Shown here: positions 63,211-64,000 of the stretch, one piece after another
How positions within the stretch are numbered: position 1 is the stretch's first letter
Layout: each line of letters opens with the position of its first letter
Assembly (NCBI GenBank): GCA_963785235.1
Contig: CAWAUM010000011.1
Location: 1 to 64,000 of the forward strand
Reading direction: 5' to 3'
From: an uncultured delta proteobacterium
Lineage (GTDB): Bacteria; Desulfobacterota; Desulfomonilia; UBA1062
DNA length: 64,000 nucleotides
Made by a program: the position numbers and the translations under genes
The notes under the pieces: model-generated
Databases searched by the model: none
What the model was told of the DNA's origin: nothing
What the model saw: the letters and a program-made list of their open reading frames with translations, nothing else

Positions 63211-64000
63211 ATGGTTGGTATCACAGCGTATGGGGGGTACATACCGCGATATAGACTCAGCAGGATGCTCATCATCCAGAATATGGCGTGGTATTTCCCT
63301 GTCATTATGGCGGTGGCCGGTGGTGAAAAGGCCATTGCAAACTGGGACGAGGATGCCATCAGCATGGCCGTAGATGCCGCCTATGACTGCATGGCAGGTA
63401 AGGACAGGAAGCAGCTGGACGGCATCTATCTGGCGTCCACGACGCTGCCCTTTTCCGACAGGTTGAATGCGGGCATCGTGGCTGCCGCGTTAAATGCCCG
63501 GGAGGACGGCTTAACAAGCGCGGACTTCAGCTCCTGCCTCAAGGCCGGCACCACTGCAGCCATTGCGGCAGTCAATGCAATCCAGGCTGGAGAGAAGGAC
63601 AATATCCTCGTGGTGGCCACCGACCAGCGCAGGACCAAGATGGCCACCCTGCTGGAGATGTTCTACGGCGACGGAGCGGCTGCGCTGCTCTTCGGCAGCA
63701 AGGATGTAATTGCGGAGTTCAAGGGCAGTTACTCCATAAGCTGCGACTTCATTGACCACTACAAAGGCCATGACAAGGAATTCGACTACAACTGGGAAGA
63801 GCGCTGGGTTCGTGACGAAGGCTATGGCAAGATCATCCCCGAGGCCATCAGAGGGTTCTTCAAGAAGACCGGGATGTCCATGGCCGATATCGCCAAGGTC
63901 GTCTATCCCTGTTATTTCACCGGCACGCACAAGTCTATTGCCAAAGATCTGGGTATAGATGGCGCGAAACTCCAGGATAACCTCCACGGCATCTGCGGGG
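63211..64000 (+). CDS. HMG-CoA synthase-like (thiolase-fold) protein, partial
   Basis: MVGITAYGGYIPRYRL, DEDAISMAV, ASTTLPF, KAGTTA and GDGAAA; GGGGG RBS; runs off the window end. Confidence 0.85.
   Translation, partial: MVGITAYGGYIPRYRLSRMLIIQNMAWYFPVIMAVAGGEKAIANWDEDAISMAVDAAYDCMAGKDRKQLDGIYLASTTLPFSDRLNAGIVAAALNAREDGLTSADFSSCLKAGTTAAIAAVNAIQAGEKDNILVVATDQRRTKMATLLEMFYGDGAAALLFGSKDVIAEFKGSYSISCDFIDHYKGHDKEFDYNWEERWVRDEGYGKIIPEAIRGFFKKTGMSMADIAKVVYPCYFTGTHKSIAKDLGIDGAKLQDNLHGICG

Overview
Bacterial chromosomal window whose gene content and order suggest an anaerobic Deltaproteobacteria/Desulfobacterota-type organism (inference). 1-27.7 kb is mostly housekeeping: ricT-metG-small ORF-HDOD-REC/GGDDF-purB-pyrE-tsaD, exbBD, response regulator-glgC-rimO-kdsD, an acyl-CoA dehydrogenase, thrC-metK-ahcY, purC and purHDE-tsaC. 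27.7-35 kb holds acyl-CoA metabolism genes, marC and uup. 35-38.2 kb is a Mg2+-transport-type locus: an NRAMP/NRMT transporter, a soluble MgtE-N/CBS protein and an unannotated 37-aa membrane peptide, behind a leader carrying three uORFs. 39.2-61.6 kb is a ~22 kb Wzm/Wzt-dependent surface-glycan cluster with a kinase-like/methyltransferase fusion next to wzt. The window ends in a CaiB CoA-transferase and a partial HMG-CoA-synthase-like gene. Many essential genes in the first ~17 kb are frameshifted, most likely from long-read indel errors. I saw no tRNA, rRNA, CRISPR array or transposase. The best candidates for undescribed biology are the uORF-cascade leader of the Mg2+ locus, a sigma28-promoter-driven structured small RNA at ~21.5-21.7 kb, and the domain-swapped WbdD-like glycan capping enzyme.
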